A stretch of DNA of 64,000 bases from Nemertoderma westbladi (taxonomy: Eukaryota > Animalia > Xenacoelomorpha). This document shows, piece after piece, positions 24,950-36,820 of this stretch (positions are counted from its first letter, which is position 1; each line of letters opens with the position of its first letter). The stretch covers positions 1-64,000 of the forward strand of contig JAUCBJ010003676.1 of NCBI GenBank assembly GCA_032718475.1. The letters run 5' to 3'. A program made the translations under genes and the position numbers. The notes under the pieces were generated by a model, which did no database searches, was not told the origin of the DNA, and saw only the letters and a list, made by a program, of their open reading frames with translations.

Positions 24950-27900
24950 ATGGAGCCAATGGAAGAGATGAATGATACAACCTATGTTCCTACTAACCGT
25001 AGGAACTTTATGAAGCGACAGATGTTTAGACTGGCGGCTGTTTCCTTGTGTTGCGTGATCCTTTTCGTTATATGTGTCATATTAACTGCATTTGTTGTCG
25101 AGTATAAAACTGCTCCAGCAGTATGCCTGACTTCTACATGTGTCGAATTGGCAGGGGAGATGATCCAAAACATGAACAAGTCAGTTGACCCTTGCGATAA
25201 TTTTTATTCTTACGCTTGTGGCGGTTGGGTGGACAACCATAATATTCCATTTGGGCAACGTTCCATAAACCAGTTTTCTATAGCGAAAAACAAGATTTTG
25301 AGTCAAATTAAAGATATATTACAATCGAATGATACCGAAGAACTTTCAGCAGTAACAGAAGCAAAGAAATTGTACAGAGCTTGTGTTAATATGGAGAAAT
25401 TAGAAGAAAGAGGGGCGGTACCACTTCAAGAATTAATCGATAAGATTGGTCCTTGGACTATGTTGGGGGATTCTTTAACAGGATAGTTAAACTAGACTGC
25501 TGCGAAAGCCATAGAATGTCAGTTAGGTTGTCCATAGAATGTCAGTTAGGTTGTCCATAGAATGTCAGTTAGGTTGTCGTTAACAATCATTTCCATTTAG
25601 GATTAAAATCGGTTGACAGTGACAAATCTCACATTTCAGAAATGATTAGGGTTACAAAACAGTGAGGGAGTAAATGAATCTAATAATTGTTTACATCTTT
25701 AAAAAACATTGTAAAATTTAGACACGGCAAGGATTGCAAAATACGTGTTTTGAGGGTTGTTATTTTATACAAAATCGTTACAAAACCCCCAAACCTCTAC
25801 CTACAAGACCACAAGACCCCCAAAAGGGGGCTTATAAGCATTATGCTTGTTGCCCAATTGGGCGAACTTCGATGTTCAATAAAATTAATGTTAAACTAAA
25901 CTAATCTAAAGTCGTTTTTTATAAAACTAAAAAACTGTTGTCGCTATTTAGTAACACATAGATGATAGTTTTCGAAAGTGTGATTTGTTTCCCTTGTCTC
26001 ATTGTAACTCGTTTGTGTGGAGGCTTCATAGTGGCTGTGTGAAGTTTGTATTTAATCAAGGTATCTTATGATGCAATAATATATAGCGGTATGTTGTGTT
26101 AATTTAATCATGTGATCGCTCAGTGGCTTTTTGTGTATGTGTGTGAATTAATTAATTGATTTCATTACCTGTTGCAACAGCCTAGTTTAAACACTATCCT
26201 TTTCAATAGATGAGCAACGAGAAAAACGACGTGATGTTCTCCTAGGCGAGTTTAATACATATATTGTATACCCAACAGTATTCCCTAACCCAGCTAATGA
26301 GACAACAAATATCATATTTCTAAGAATGGGAGAATTAATAGTATCGCCAATGTACGCAATATCTCCTCTTCAAACTAATGATACCCAATTCACACAAGAT
26401 CATGATGAAATAGTTGAAAATGCATGGAAGAAGGCATCTCGATCAGTATTAAAACTTTTAGGAGGAAACATAGCTGACAATGATGTTGAACGTAAAATAG
26501 ATGATATATTTAATCTTAATCACAACATTACTAGATTGATAAGAAGAGGTTTCATAGATACAGCCTACACTCCTATTGAGCAGAAAAATATGAGTTGGAA
26601 TGAATTTTCAACAAATTATGATAAAAATATAAGATCTTTACGAAAGTTGAATGAACAAAGTGGTAATTTTAATTGGACCGTCTATCTTAACACCTTTTTA
26701 CAACCATCTGGTCAAAATGTTACGGATGATGACATGGTATTCGTTGATGACCTTGGTTTTATTACTGGTTTACCGGAGATTATCTCTTCCGTGGAACTGG
26801 AAACACTTATTAATTATTTAATTGCTTTGACTATTCCATATCGTTTGGAAAATCTCAGTTCCCCTTTCAGAAGAATCAAAGAAGAATTTGAGTTGGATCT
26901 CGGAATGTGGACTTGGAAGATGGAAGATGAGAATGGGCGAAAAGAGCGCTGGGTTTATTGCATTACAGAGTACTTGAGCTTTCATACGGAGCTACTAGAT
27001 TACTTGTATATAACGCGTCTCTTTGATGACAGTAAAATAGGAATTGTTAACAATCTTGTTGAAAATCTGCAAAAGGAAATGATAACTTGGATTATGGATG
27101 AGGATAATTCTTTGACAGATGAAATGAAAAAGGATGCCGTGAAAAAGATGAATTCAATGAAAGCGATGGTGGCTTATCCTGAAACAAGGAGAAATGTGAG
27201 CTATATTACAAATGTCTATAAGGACATACCTACTCTAGAAGTTGACAAGCTTTTTGAAACTGATATACAATTAGAGAAGTACAAAAAATTGAAGAACATG
27301 ATGATGCTGAGAAATCCAGTGACAGACGATGAAATGATCCCACAAGTGAGGGAGCCGAATGCTTACTACAAGCCAGATCAAAATAAGATGTTAATACTAG
27401 CTGGAATATTACAGAAACCAGTTATGTATAAAGGGGACACTTTTAACATTGAAAATTTCGCATCATTAGGTTTTATAATAAGTCACGAAATGACACACGG
27501 GTTTGATTTTTTGGTCCGCGGTTTTAAAGGCTACGATAAAGAAGACATTACTCTGGACACTGAACATTCCATTTGTATAAAAGAGAAATATAGCAAGATG
27601 TATGTTGAAGAGGTTGATATGTATGTAGATGGTGAGCTGACCCTAGCCGAGAATCTAGCTGACCAGGGTGCCATTCGTGTGGCATACAGGGCCTTTACCA
27701 AGTGGGCAGAACAAGAATATGGCGGCTGGGCGAACATGCCTCTCCTGCCAGGGATAGAACTCAATGCGAATCAACGTTTCTTTCTCAGCATGGCGCAAAT
27801 GTGGTGTGGGAGGAGAGACAAACAGTCCATCAAGAACGATATACAGTATGATACTCACTCTCCGTTCCACCAGCGGGTAGTTGGAACTCTGTCATCTTTC

Positions 27901-27972
27901 CCTAACTTCGCCGATGCTTTCCAATGCAGAACTGGGTCACAAATGAACCCAGAATTCCAATGCCAATTTTAA
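24950..27972 (+). CDS. M13 family (neprilysin/ECE-like) type II membrane metalloendopeptidase; exons 24950-25481 and 26210-27972, 764 aa
   Basis: N-terminal TM helix, CLTSTC, SVDPCDNFYSYACGGW, NAYY, HEMTH zinc motif, ENLAD, HSPFHQRV, C-terminal FQC...MNP...C. Joined exons total 2295 nt in frame; the donor reads GA rather than GT. Confidence 0.9.
25509..25578. repeat. 23 bp tandem repeat x3 in the neprilysin intron
   Basis: CCATAGAATGTCAGTTAGGTTGT three times. Confidence 0.9.
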
Positions 27973-30263
27973 AACTAATAATTTTAATTGCTTTAATTTA
28001 TGTATATAGTATAAAGAGGTGGAAGATTCATGTTTAAACCAATAATTTATCCAGAGACACACACAGTTTAGAGACACAACTTCGTGTAACGGAACAGCTC
28101 ACACACTCTCACAGCTCACATTAACAGCATTGTTAAAGCAGTTATACAGATAGCAGTTAATATTATTATCATACTTGTATAGAAAAAGTGTCATGTCTGA
28201 ACAAGGTGGTTCGCCAAAAAGCTGGTATTGTTGCTGTTTCTTTTTCTGTTGTTTTCAATTTATTAAAGGGGGGGGGGGGGGGGGGGGGGTAATTGTAATT
28301 CGTAAAAAATTTCAATAGAAATTGTAGACATTTTTAAAAGGGTGTTCAGAGGGGGCCGGTTTATTCGCAATAAATTGCGAATTTTGTTTTGGGGGTTACC
28401 CCAACCCCATCTTTTTTGGTAGATTGACTGGATTTAATATGAGATTTTTCTAACAAGATGTTCGGAACAATAATTATAAATTGAAAAAAGGCCGCGAGCA
28501 GATGCAAAACCATGCAACTTTAAATTCAGGCAATTTAAACTACGATTTCCAGAATAACTAGGGGGGTGGGGGGGCACAAGGCCACTTAATTATGAGACAA
28601 TATTCAATGATATGGAGTAAATATCTGAGATTTGGAATAATTGGTATAAATAAAAGCCAGATCACCGGTCCACCCACAATACTAAAAAATATAGGTAGTC
28701 TTTGATTTTCTATAGTAACTTTTTATCTCTCAGAATAATTTTATTTACAATACAATACACCCCAGTCGGGGTAAACAGAACGGCGTATATTAATTTTTTT
28801 TATACTTTGCACACAATGATGTAAATAGTTATTAATAAACCACAAATATAAAATGAATATGAATATGAGAGTAATGTCTATAATATTCAGACGTAGGCCT
28901 ATACTAAATAGGCACTTCGAAGTGTTCACTACAGAAACTGCACTATACAGATACACTACGATTCTCGAAGTGCTCAATGCAAAACTATCACTTCGAAGTG
29001 GGTAGTGCATACTCGTCGTAGTGCTGTAGTGATCACTACGATTTTGTTTCTAAATCATCTTGAAATAGAAGTGAAGACAACAGTTTTGCGTAGTGTTGTC
29101 TACACAGAGGAGGCTACGATACTTGAATACTGTAATATTTTTACTAGGATTTCAAAATTTCAGGGTCATTCAAATATTACCCTCATCAATAATGAGGATT
29201 TTATGCCATTCCCCCACCCCCTTGTCATCATAGCTCAACTGCGACTGCGCGAACCCCCTCACCCCCTGGCCATCAGTCATACTCTGGCTTCATTTCCAGT
29301 GCCAGATACACCCCATGTGAGTTCTGAGCGCAGCGATAAAATGAATGGAAAAATGAAAAAAGTTTTTTTTTCGGCATGGTATAGTGTGGAATACGTTCAG
29401 GGTAGGCCTATAATTCTACGGTTTTGGAGGAGTTGGAATTAGGTGTGAATAATCAGTGGAGCATCAGTGAGTTTTGTTTACATCGTTTAGACAGTAAAAT
29501 TGAGTTTTACTGGGGTAACAGACGTTTCGGTCTAATACGTTTTGGCCTAGGACGCTTCGGACCCAATGAATGAAATACAAGATCTGCTTGTCGGATAAGC
29601 TATTAATAATAAGTTATTCAATATATTTGTTTTGTAGTTGTTACGTTCGTTACAAAAGGAGTTGTCAGTAGGAACTTCTCCGACACCTATTTGAAAGTCG
29701 TCAAGATCGAAGTTCTACATTATATTTTATAAATAATAACTAATGTTATATTATTATTATTTATTAATATAAATTTACACCATACTGTAACTTAGAACAA
29801 AGATAACATATGCTGACAAATTAACTTTAGTATTATGATGATGGGATTTCCCCATAAAAAAACATACGTCTTTTAAAATGTTCGTAAAGGGTTCGTAAAA
29901 TTTATTCGCTTTGGCAGAACTGTATATTAGCAATGTGGTACTCGAGACCAATAGATTTGTTCTGTCTTGCATTTTTTCGGCCGCATAACATAATTGAGGG
30001 CGAATTGTATATGGAACCAGAGCACCACATGCATAATGTTGATTTTATTTTGAAATTAAATATCATTTTCAAAAAATATATTTTATTAAGTGTTTGTATG
30101 TTATTGTGAAATAATTATAATTTTAATGAATAATTATTATCATATCAAACAAGTTGGCCTTTTCATTCAGTTACAGTCATGGGCCGAAACGTCCGGGTCG
30201 AATTGTCCGGGCCGAAATGTCCGGGCCGAAACGTCCTGGACCGAAACGTCCTAGGCCGCCGAA

Positions 30264-32015
30264 ATGGAAATCGCATGGAAATCGATCAATCTGCTTACTG
30301 GGCGGAAAAGCCAACCAACCACCAAGGTTAAGGCTGAATCACCAGCCGATCGCCTCAATGGTTGGAAAGCCCACTTTGAAAAGCTCCTCAATAATGACAG
30401 GGTATTGCCTGATAACTTTATAGAAGTAAAAGTGTCTGAGTCTGTACTCCCAGATATTCCCATTGGCGATATCTCCTTTGCAGAAGTGAAGGCTGCTGCA
30501 AAGAGCATTAAGACCAATCGTGCCAGTGGAGTAGATGGTGTTCCCCCTGAGGTCTTTAAAATACCTGAGTGTTTAAAGCTCATCTATCCCATCATAGTAG
30601 ACATGTACCGTACAACAAGAGTCCCACAAGAAATGAAAACAAATAAGTTGGTGCCAGTTCCCAAGAAGGGCAACCTAACACTCTATGGTTCTTTTCGGGG
30701 AATCTCATTGATCTCGATTGCTGCAAAACTATACAATAGAATTCTATTAAATCGCATCAGGGATCCCATTGAGAGACTGCTACGTGGAAATCAGAATGGG
30801 TTCCGTAAAGGTCGTGGGACCATGGAGCCCATTTTGGCACTTAGAAGGATAATTGAAGAGTTATCAAAAAAGAAAGACAGGCATCTGGCTGTTATCTTTG
30901 TTGACTTCTTCAAGGCCTTTGATTCAGTCTCTCGCTCACGTATGTTCAGCATACTTTCATTATATGGGATTCCTGATGAAATTATTGCAGCAATCAGATC
31001 AGTATACGATGGTTCGACAACATTTGTGTCTACTGTTGACGGTGACACAGAACCATTTGAAGTGTTATGGGGCGTCCTCCAAGGAGACACACTTGCACCA
31101 TTCTTGTTCATTATTGTGGTTGACTATGTTCTACGCATGTCCTTAGATCATCATAATGAAGATGGGGTGATGATAACTCCACCTACTGGCTCCAGAAGTC
31201 GAGGAAATCCTGCCAAGTACCTAACTGATCTAGACTTTGCTGATGACTTAGGAGTACTCTCAGAATCATTAGAGGGAGCCCAGCGGCTCCTCAGCTCATT
31301 AGAACATGCTGCTTCTAGTGTTGGTCTTTTTATTAACTCCAGAAAGACCAAAATTCTGACAGTTAACTTTGAAAGTCCTCAGCAAGTCTCTGATCGGATG
31401 AGCATAAGCTCAAAGGATGGTATGCTTGAGCATGTGGACGACTTCTGTTACCTGGGATCATGGATCCGGAAGTCAGGTGAGGACCTTCGAATACGTAAGG
31501 GAAAGGCATGGGCAGCCTTGAATAGGCTTTCCAGGATTTGGAAGTCACCTAGAATTAATCGGAAACTTAAGGTCCGATTATTTAGAGCAGCAGTAGTTCC
31601 AGTACTCCTCTACGGGAGTCCATGCTGGGCTCTAACTGCTGAGGACACCAAATCTCTGGATGGCACATTCACAAGAATGCTACGCCGGGTACATTGTGTC
31701 AAGTACAATGCACACATCTCCAACCAGACACTATATAACATTGGAGGTGTCTCATTGGTTCCCCCAAGCTTGACACTAGAACAAAATCGCCTCCGCTTTG
31801 CAGGACATTGCTTTCGCCGTGAGGACCAGCCTGTGCATAATCTTGTACTTTGGCAGCCTCATGGAGTGAATAAGCATGGTGGACAGCCCATGACTTTCTT
31901 GAGACGCATCTTAAAGGACACTGGCCTTAAAGATGCGGATGATCTAGCAAATGTCATGGGTGATAGGGAGTTGTGGCGGTGCAATTTTGTTGACAAGCCG
32001 GCACAGCATTCTTAA
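30264..32015 (+). CDS. Non-LTR reverse transcriptase (N-terminally truncated, no endonuclease)
   Basis: PKKG, FRGISL, QNGFR, DFFKAFDSV, GVLQGDTLAPFLF, FADD, YLGS and RTE-type RLRFAGHCFRR. Confidence 0.92.
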   Translation: MEIAWKSINLLTGRKSQPTTKVKAESPADRLNGWKAHFEKLLNNDRVLPDNFIEVKVSESVLPDIPIGDISFAEVKAAAKSIKTNRASGVDGVPPEVFKIPECLKLIYPIIVDMYRTTRVPQEMKTNKLVPVPKKGNLTLYGSFRGISLISIAAKLYNRILLNRIRDPIERLLRGNQNGFRKGRGTMEPILALRRIIEELSKKKDRHLAVIFVDFFKAFDSVSRSRMFSILSLYGIPDEIIAAIRSVYDGSTTFVSTVDGDTEPFEVLWGVLQGDTLAPFLFIIVVDYVLRMSLDHHNEDGVMITPPTGSRSRGNPAKYLTDLDFADDLGVLSESLEGAQRLLSSLEHAASSVGLFINSRKTKILTVNFESPQQVSDRMSISSKDGMLEHVDDFCYLGSWIRKSGEDLRIRKGKAWAALNRLSRIWKSPRINRKLKVRLFRAAVVPVLLYGSPCWALTAEDTKSLDGTFTRMLRRVHCVKYNAHISNQTLYNIGGVSLVPPSLTLEQNRLRFAGHCFRREDQPVHNLVLWQPHGVNKHGGQPMTFLRRILKDTGLKDADDLANVMGDRELWRCNFVDKPAQHS

Positions 32016-32057
32016 AAATGCAGCTGCAATGCAGCATGCCGATCCTAGTAGTAGTAG
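30265..32057 (+). mobile_element. 5'-truncated RTE-clade LINE with (TAG)n tail and TSD
   Basis: TSD TAGGCCGCCGAAA at 30252-30264 and 32058-32070; short 3' UTR ending in TAG repeats; uninterrupted RT ORF. Confidence 0.92.
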
Positions 32058-32091
32058 TAGGCCGCCGAAACGTCTATATACCGTTTTACTG

Positions 32092-32400
32092 CTATGACAG
32101 GAATGTCTCCACCCAGGAACAAGTTCACCACCCAACCCTTCTGTACAGAAAGCATGGGACCACCCCTTAACGTCATTCGGGTTGAGGAACTACTTGCAGC
32201 AACTACCACCCCCCTCAGCAAGGCACTTCTGTTAGCCGCCAGGGCAGATCACTCTGGGAACTGGGTAAACGCCCTTCCAATATCTTCTCTTGGACTCCGC
32301 CTCGCGGATGACCAACTACGAATTGGCGTAGCTCTCTGCCTAGGCACTACAATCTGCACTGAGCAGGAGTGTAGGAGCTGCGGTACTCAAGTAAACAACT
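32092..32400 (+). mobile_element. CRE-like non-LTR retrotransposon fragment
   Basis: SGNWVNALPISSLGLRLADDQLRIGVALCLG...CRSCG matches the W.NALP...GLRL....R..V.LRLG motif of CRE-like elements. Confidence 0.65.
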
Positions 32401-32883
32401 CAGGCGCGGATCCAGAGGGGGGGCTGAGGGGGCTCTAGCCCCCCCCATACGATAAGTAAAAATCTAGGGCGATGTAATTTTCTAAAAAACAACTCGATTT
32501 CCATCCATCTCTCTATCTTCAACTTTCTTAGTTTAAATTAAACCAGAGCAGAGTGGCTGAACCAAGGGGGGGGGGGGGGGGGGGGGGGGGGCATGGCTAT
32601 CCGTTCTTTGTAAAATATTAATATTACATGTCATGTTAAAAGTCTCAAAATCATTTATTCATACAGCAGCGCTAAAATTCTACCCACTCAGCCACCCCAG
32701 CACATTTTCAGATTGTATATTTTCCATTCACGTATTTATTTGTATTAACCTTTTGTTTTATTGCATTATGGATGATCAGCATCGGACTGTAAAGAAGATT
32801 AAAATTACTGATTTCTTTTCTGGTTCCGTTTCCTATCCTGAACGATCAATTGAACCATTTGCTTTGGAAATGGAGACTCCAAT
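32401..32883 (+). mobile_element. Probable hAT-type DNA transposon 5' end, interrupted by LTR A3
   Basis: Starts CAGGCGCGGATCCAGAGGGGG (a similar end CAGGGGCGGATCCAG lies at 17134); short frame MDDQHRTVKKIKITDFF from 32768 resembles hAT transposase N-termini; other end not seen. Confidence 0.5.
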
Positions 32884-34069
32884 TGTACGCGCTTTTGAAG
32901 ACCTTTAGCAGTTTAACCTGCCAAAATTTATATGTCTTTTGGTTTATAAATAGACTTCAACATATGACAAGTATTTAATACCAATAAACACAACATTAGC
33001 CGAAGCCAGCCTAGTGCGCGTCCATTCACCCGCTGGATATACCCGGGAGACTGGATTCGGAGGGCTTAGATTTTATTGCAGTGTAAGCTTACTGTATTAT
33101 TCGATTGATCGTTAATAAATAATTTCTGACGAATATTATTCACTTTCGGGAAATATTAACAGTTCCTTTAGGACGTGGCGCTCTATCTAGGTAAACAGAG
33201 ATATGACTTATACTAAACACAACGGTAAGAAGGTAAGGCTTATGATTCACGTATGAGGCGCATTCTTTAGGAAATGCTTAGTTATCAGCCACAATCATGC
33301 ACACTACCGGTACAGCACAATACTGCACACTAATCTGCCGACCGTCAATGAATTTTATCATACATAAAGAGAACAGCAATTGACTCATGTAGTGCCTATC
33401 AAATAGCATTAAATTCACTACAAACCACGATAATATAAGTCGCAATCGCTATATGTAACCTGTCTCTCTAACCTGTAGTGTATCAAGAAAATTGGGAAAT
33501 TTGGGTTATTTATCGATGTTCTCCAAGTAATAATATTCAACCAACTGATACAAATAATGACAACAGTAAATAGCAGTATAATAATGTATGTTGCAGTGAC
33601 TTGCACCGTGCATGGTAATGTAAGCACTGATTGTACTGATAACAGTTATACGTTCTATAATCTAAGCCTACTAATGTTTCTTCTAAAGTCTGAAACAAAT
33701 TGACTCCAGAGCCGGTGTTCTTGGCCTAGATAGCAACAACAAAACTGTAACACGTCGTAAGACTGAACACGCCTAGTACGATCTGTAGAATATCTCCACG
33801 TCTAAAGTAAAAATCGCTCTGATTGGCTGTTAAGCTGAACAAAGAACCATGTGTCCAACGGCCGTTTCCATGCCAGCAACCAGCTGTTAGATGTCGTAAT
33901 CTGAATCATCAAGGCTACACTGTGCTAGAGGATTTGACGCATTGCGGGTTTTGTGTCTTGCCATGTCCGCCAAAGCACACATATAGAAGAACAACTTTTA
34001 TGTCCGTTAAAACACCCACACGGTACTTTGCGGGCAAGGGGACTGATTATATCCGCAAAAGCTTTTACA
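32884..34069 (-). repeat. Family A LTR (3' LTR of copy A3)
   Basis: TGTACGCGC...CTTTTACA, preceded on the sense strand by the purine-rich GGGAGCGG (34070-34077, PPT position); no PBS-like motif beyond its far end. Confidence 0.92.
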
Positions 34070-34146
34070 CCGCTCCCAGAAAATGGGATTCAAGTCTATA
34101 AATATACAAAATCACAGTTTCTAATATACGTAAATACTCTAAACAG

Positions 34147-35744
34147 TTAGTCTTTCTTGCGCGGACGGCGTTTACGCAGTTTTTTAAAGCTGGCCAGAGT
34201 CTTTTTCTCTTTGGGGCGAGCCACTTTACAAGGAGGGCTATAACTCCTGGGTGAAGGGTGCAATATGATTGCATCAGAGGGTGTAGGATTATGGTCGGTG
34301 TATCCGCCGGTCGAAGTGCCGGGTTGGTTGACATCAACGTCGGGGAGAGCAGCGGCGTCTAACGGCCTTTAGAGCGCGTTTTAGGACGGCCGCTCTTACG
34401 GGTCCTTTACGAGTGGTCTGAACGAGAGCCGTGGGTGGACCATAGGCAGTCAGAAACTTCCTGGGTTTAATGGTTCTTTCCAACTCGCGTTCGCGGGCTC
34501 GGTATTCGTAAGGCCGTCGATATACTTCCTGTAACTCGGGGTGTGAGTTAACAAATAAGTCTCCATAGTCCGGATCCTGACGGATAAAATTGATTAAGTT
34601 ATAGGAATGAAGGTCGCTAGGATTAACACTCCTGAGAAATTTGCGTACGAATTTGGTTGAAATACATTCTCCGACGCGCTTCAGTAGTTCGTAACTCGAT
34701 ATGCGTGATTTCTGTTCGACAGAAGCGAATAGATAAGGATGGAACGCATAAACTCCTTCGTAAGCGCGTCCAGGATAATAGCGATGGCGCGAATCACAAT
34801 GTAAATCAGCGTTCGCTTCCCAAGCTCTGATGTAACGTAGTGTGATCATTTCATCTACGCTTTCCAAATCGTGATTAAAAGGGCAATCGAAACTGGCGTG
34901 TCCCTTTAGTTGACAATGGTGACATTGAGTCATAAATTGAGGGCAAACCGCAAAAATGTGCAAGTTATTGAGTCTGCAATATGCGCAATAAATTTCCATC
35001 GCCGGTTGTTCGTGGAAATAGGAACAGCGGACGTTTGTGTCCTTCAGTTTGTTGGTTGGGTCTAGGGCATTCGTCACAATAACACCAAAGACGTACGTCC
35101 TGTAGAGGAAACGCGGGTGATCGTTCTCCAGTTTTGCAATATTCTTCCATTTGTTCAAAACTATCCGGGATAACAGGTAGTGGACGATCGGCGGTAAGAT
35201 ACATCATAGTGAAATAGAGCCGTTTGAGTTCTACCATGGGGTCATGATGTATACCTTGAGGATATAGAGTCTCGAGGTTCTGCTGACTGGCGATGTTGAG
35301 ATAGGTTTCTCTCAAAAATTCCAGGTAGTCGTTGAAGTCGATGCGTTTATCCGGTTCTTCAACGTTTTCTCTTTCCAGTCTGTTACGAATAGAATTTTCG
35401 TGTTCTATTCTCGGTTTATCGTTACGACTCCGCTGGGTATGATATTTAAATAGAACCATTTCCCTTTCGGTGTCTACATCGTCCGTATCATGTAAATCGA
35501 TAGGATGGCCGGTAGTTAAGAAGTCCATATACGTACCATTACGATGCGTATAGCGAGCGGTGAATTTTCGATAGTCCAATTCACGCGTAAGTTGCTCTTG
35601 GGACATCGGCGGTTCGATATAACGACCATCGTCCTCCGTAATGGTTGGATCGGCTTCACCGCGTATCAAGCTATCCACAAATGCTTGTAAAGGTAGAGTA
35701 TATCGCTCCCTGATACCAAGATCATCTTCTATCAACTCCGTCAT
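34147..35744 (-). pseudogene. Family A accessory ORF (zinc-knuckle protein, basic C-terminus), two frameshifts
   Basis: Overlapping frames 34965-35744 and 34334-35158 plus a third ending ...KEKKTLASFKKLRKRRPRKKD* at 34147; CYCDEC, CAYCRLNNLHIFAVC, CHHCQLKGHASFDC. Confidence 0.75.
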
Positions 35745-36564
35745 ATCTGCTATTTGGGTTTATTAATATTATAATGAGTTTATGTTTAGGCGAGCGGGCG
35801 TCGCTGCCTACCTTTCTTTGCCCCCGGACAGTGGGATTCTCAGCGCCGATGTACCGTTGTCGCGGTGTTTACGCCAACATGTAGCAACAGCACGACAACG
35901 ATAACCGGCACAAGTCACTCCACTGTCCGTCCCAAAGGCTTGAATCCACTTTAGGTTCTTTCTATAGTAGAGTTAGGGTTACTTTCACAATTGCGACTAG
36001 CTACTGTAAACACACTTTAGCAGTAACATTCACCTATAAACGCACAAATTCCACACAACTGTCTCCAATTGTACACATACAGGCCATTTGTCCGTTGGTC
36101 AGTGCCTTCCAGAATGTCACGTTATTACTGTGTATCCTTGGATACTAACAGTGTGCTATGTATTCTCTATGCTATGCAATGGGACAAGCTTTCTATTGTT
36201 CTTTTAACTTGCTTCTAATTCTAGCGTGGGTGTTGCTATGGTGACATTATGGAAAGCTAGCGGTAGAATTAGGGTAATTCTCATGCATACAGATCTGGAA
36301 TGCTATTTAATAGTAATTCTTTAATTGTCAATATCCTCTTTATGCATGATTTTATTAATTTTATCGGCTATTGACTATATGTTGGAGATTCTCGCACTCT
36401 AATACACTCAATAGGATGAATCTCCGCTCCCATGATCTATTAATTAATGGAATTTTGGGAATGTTATAAATTGCACAAAATGACAATTTATGAAATTCAT
36501 TTAAGATATGAATTTAAATTTATTCCCGTGAATTTTATTATTTGATGGTAAAATTGACACAATT

Positions 36565-36820
36565 TTATTCCAGAGCATGTCTGGGGACCTAGGATCCTTA
36601 ATTCTATAAAATTGTCTTTTAAGAGTATCGGTAAGCGCTGCGATATCTTAATTGACTAGAAATTTTAAAGGATCTGAATTTTACAGATTTTAATAAATAT
36701 TAAATTAATATTTAAGATGGGCACCGATTTATTCCAGAACTTGTCTGGGGACGTTAACCACTGATTCTAGAATTTGTCTTTCAAGTATATCGGTGGGTGC
36801 CGCGATATCTTAATCGACTA
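36565..36820. repeat. Two ~95 bp direct repeats, ~165 bp apart
   Basis: TTATTCCAGA..TGTCTGGGGAC...GCGATATCTTAAT.GACTA at ~36565 and ~36729. Confidence 0.7.

Larger units (their letters stand above)
29513..32082. mobile_element. MULE-like foldback element interrupted by a LINE
   Basis: Ends GGGTAACAGACGTTTCGG / CCGAAACGTCTATATACC, subterminal CCGAAACGTCC arrays, 9 bp TSD GTTTTACTG at 29504-29512 and 32083-32091. Confidence 0.8.

Noticed and set aside
30264-30266. Genuine start codon of the LINE ORF
   Set aside because: The A belongs to the TSD; the ATG is created by the 5' truncation junction.
34065-34337. ORF-track proteins 34065-34337 and 55504-55779 as a conserved small gene
   Set aside because: More likely shadow frames; the alternative frame ending KKLRKRR.RKKD* has the same stop in both copies and fits as the accessory ORF tail.
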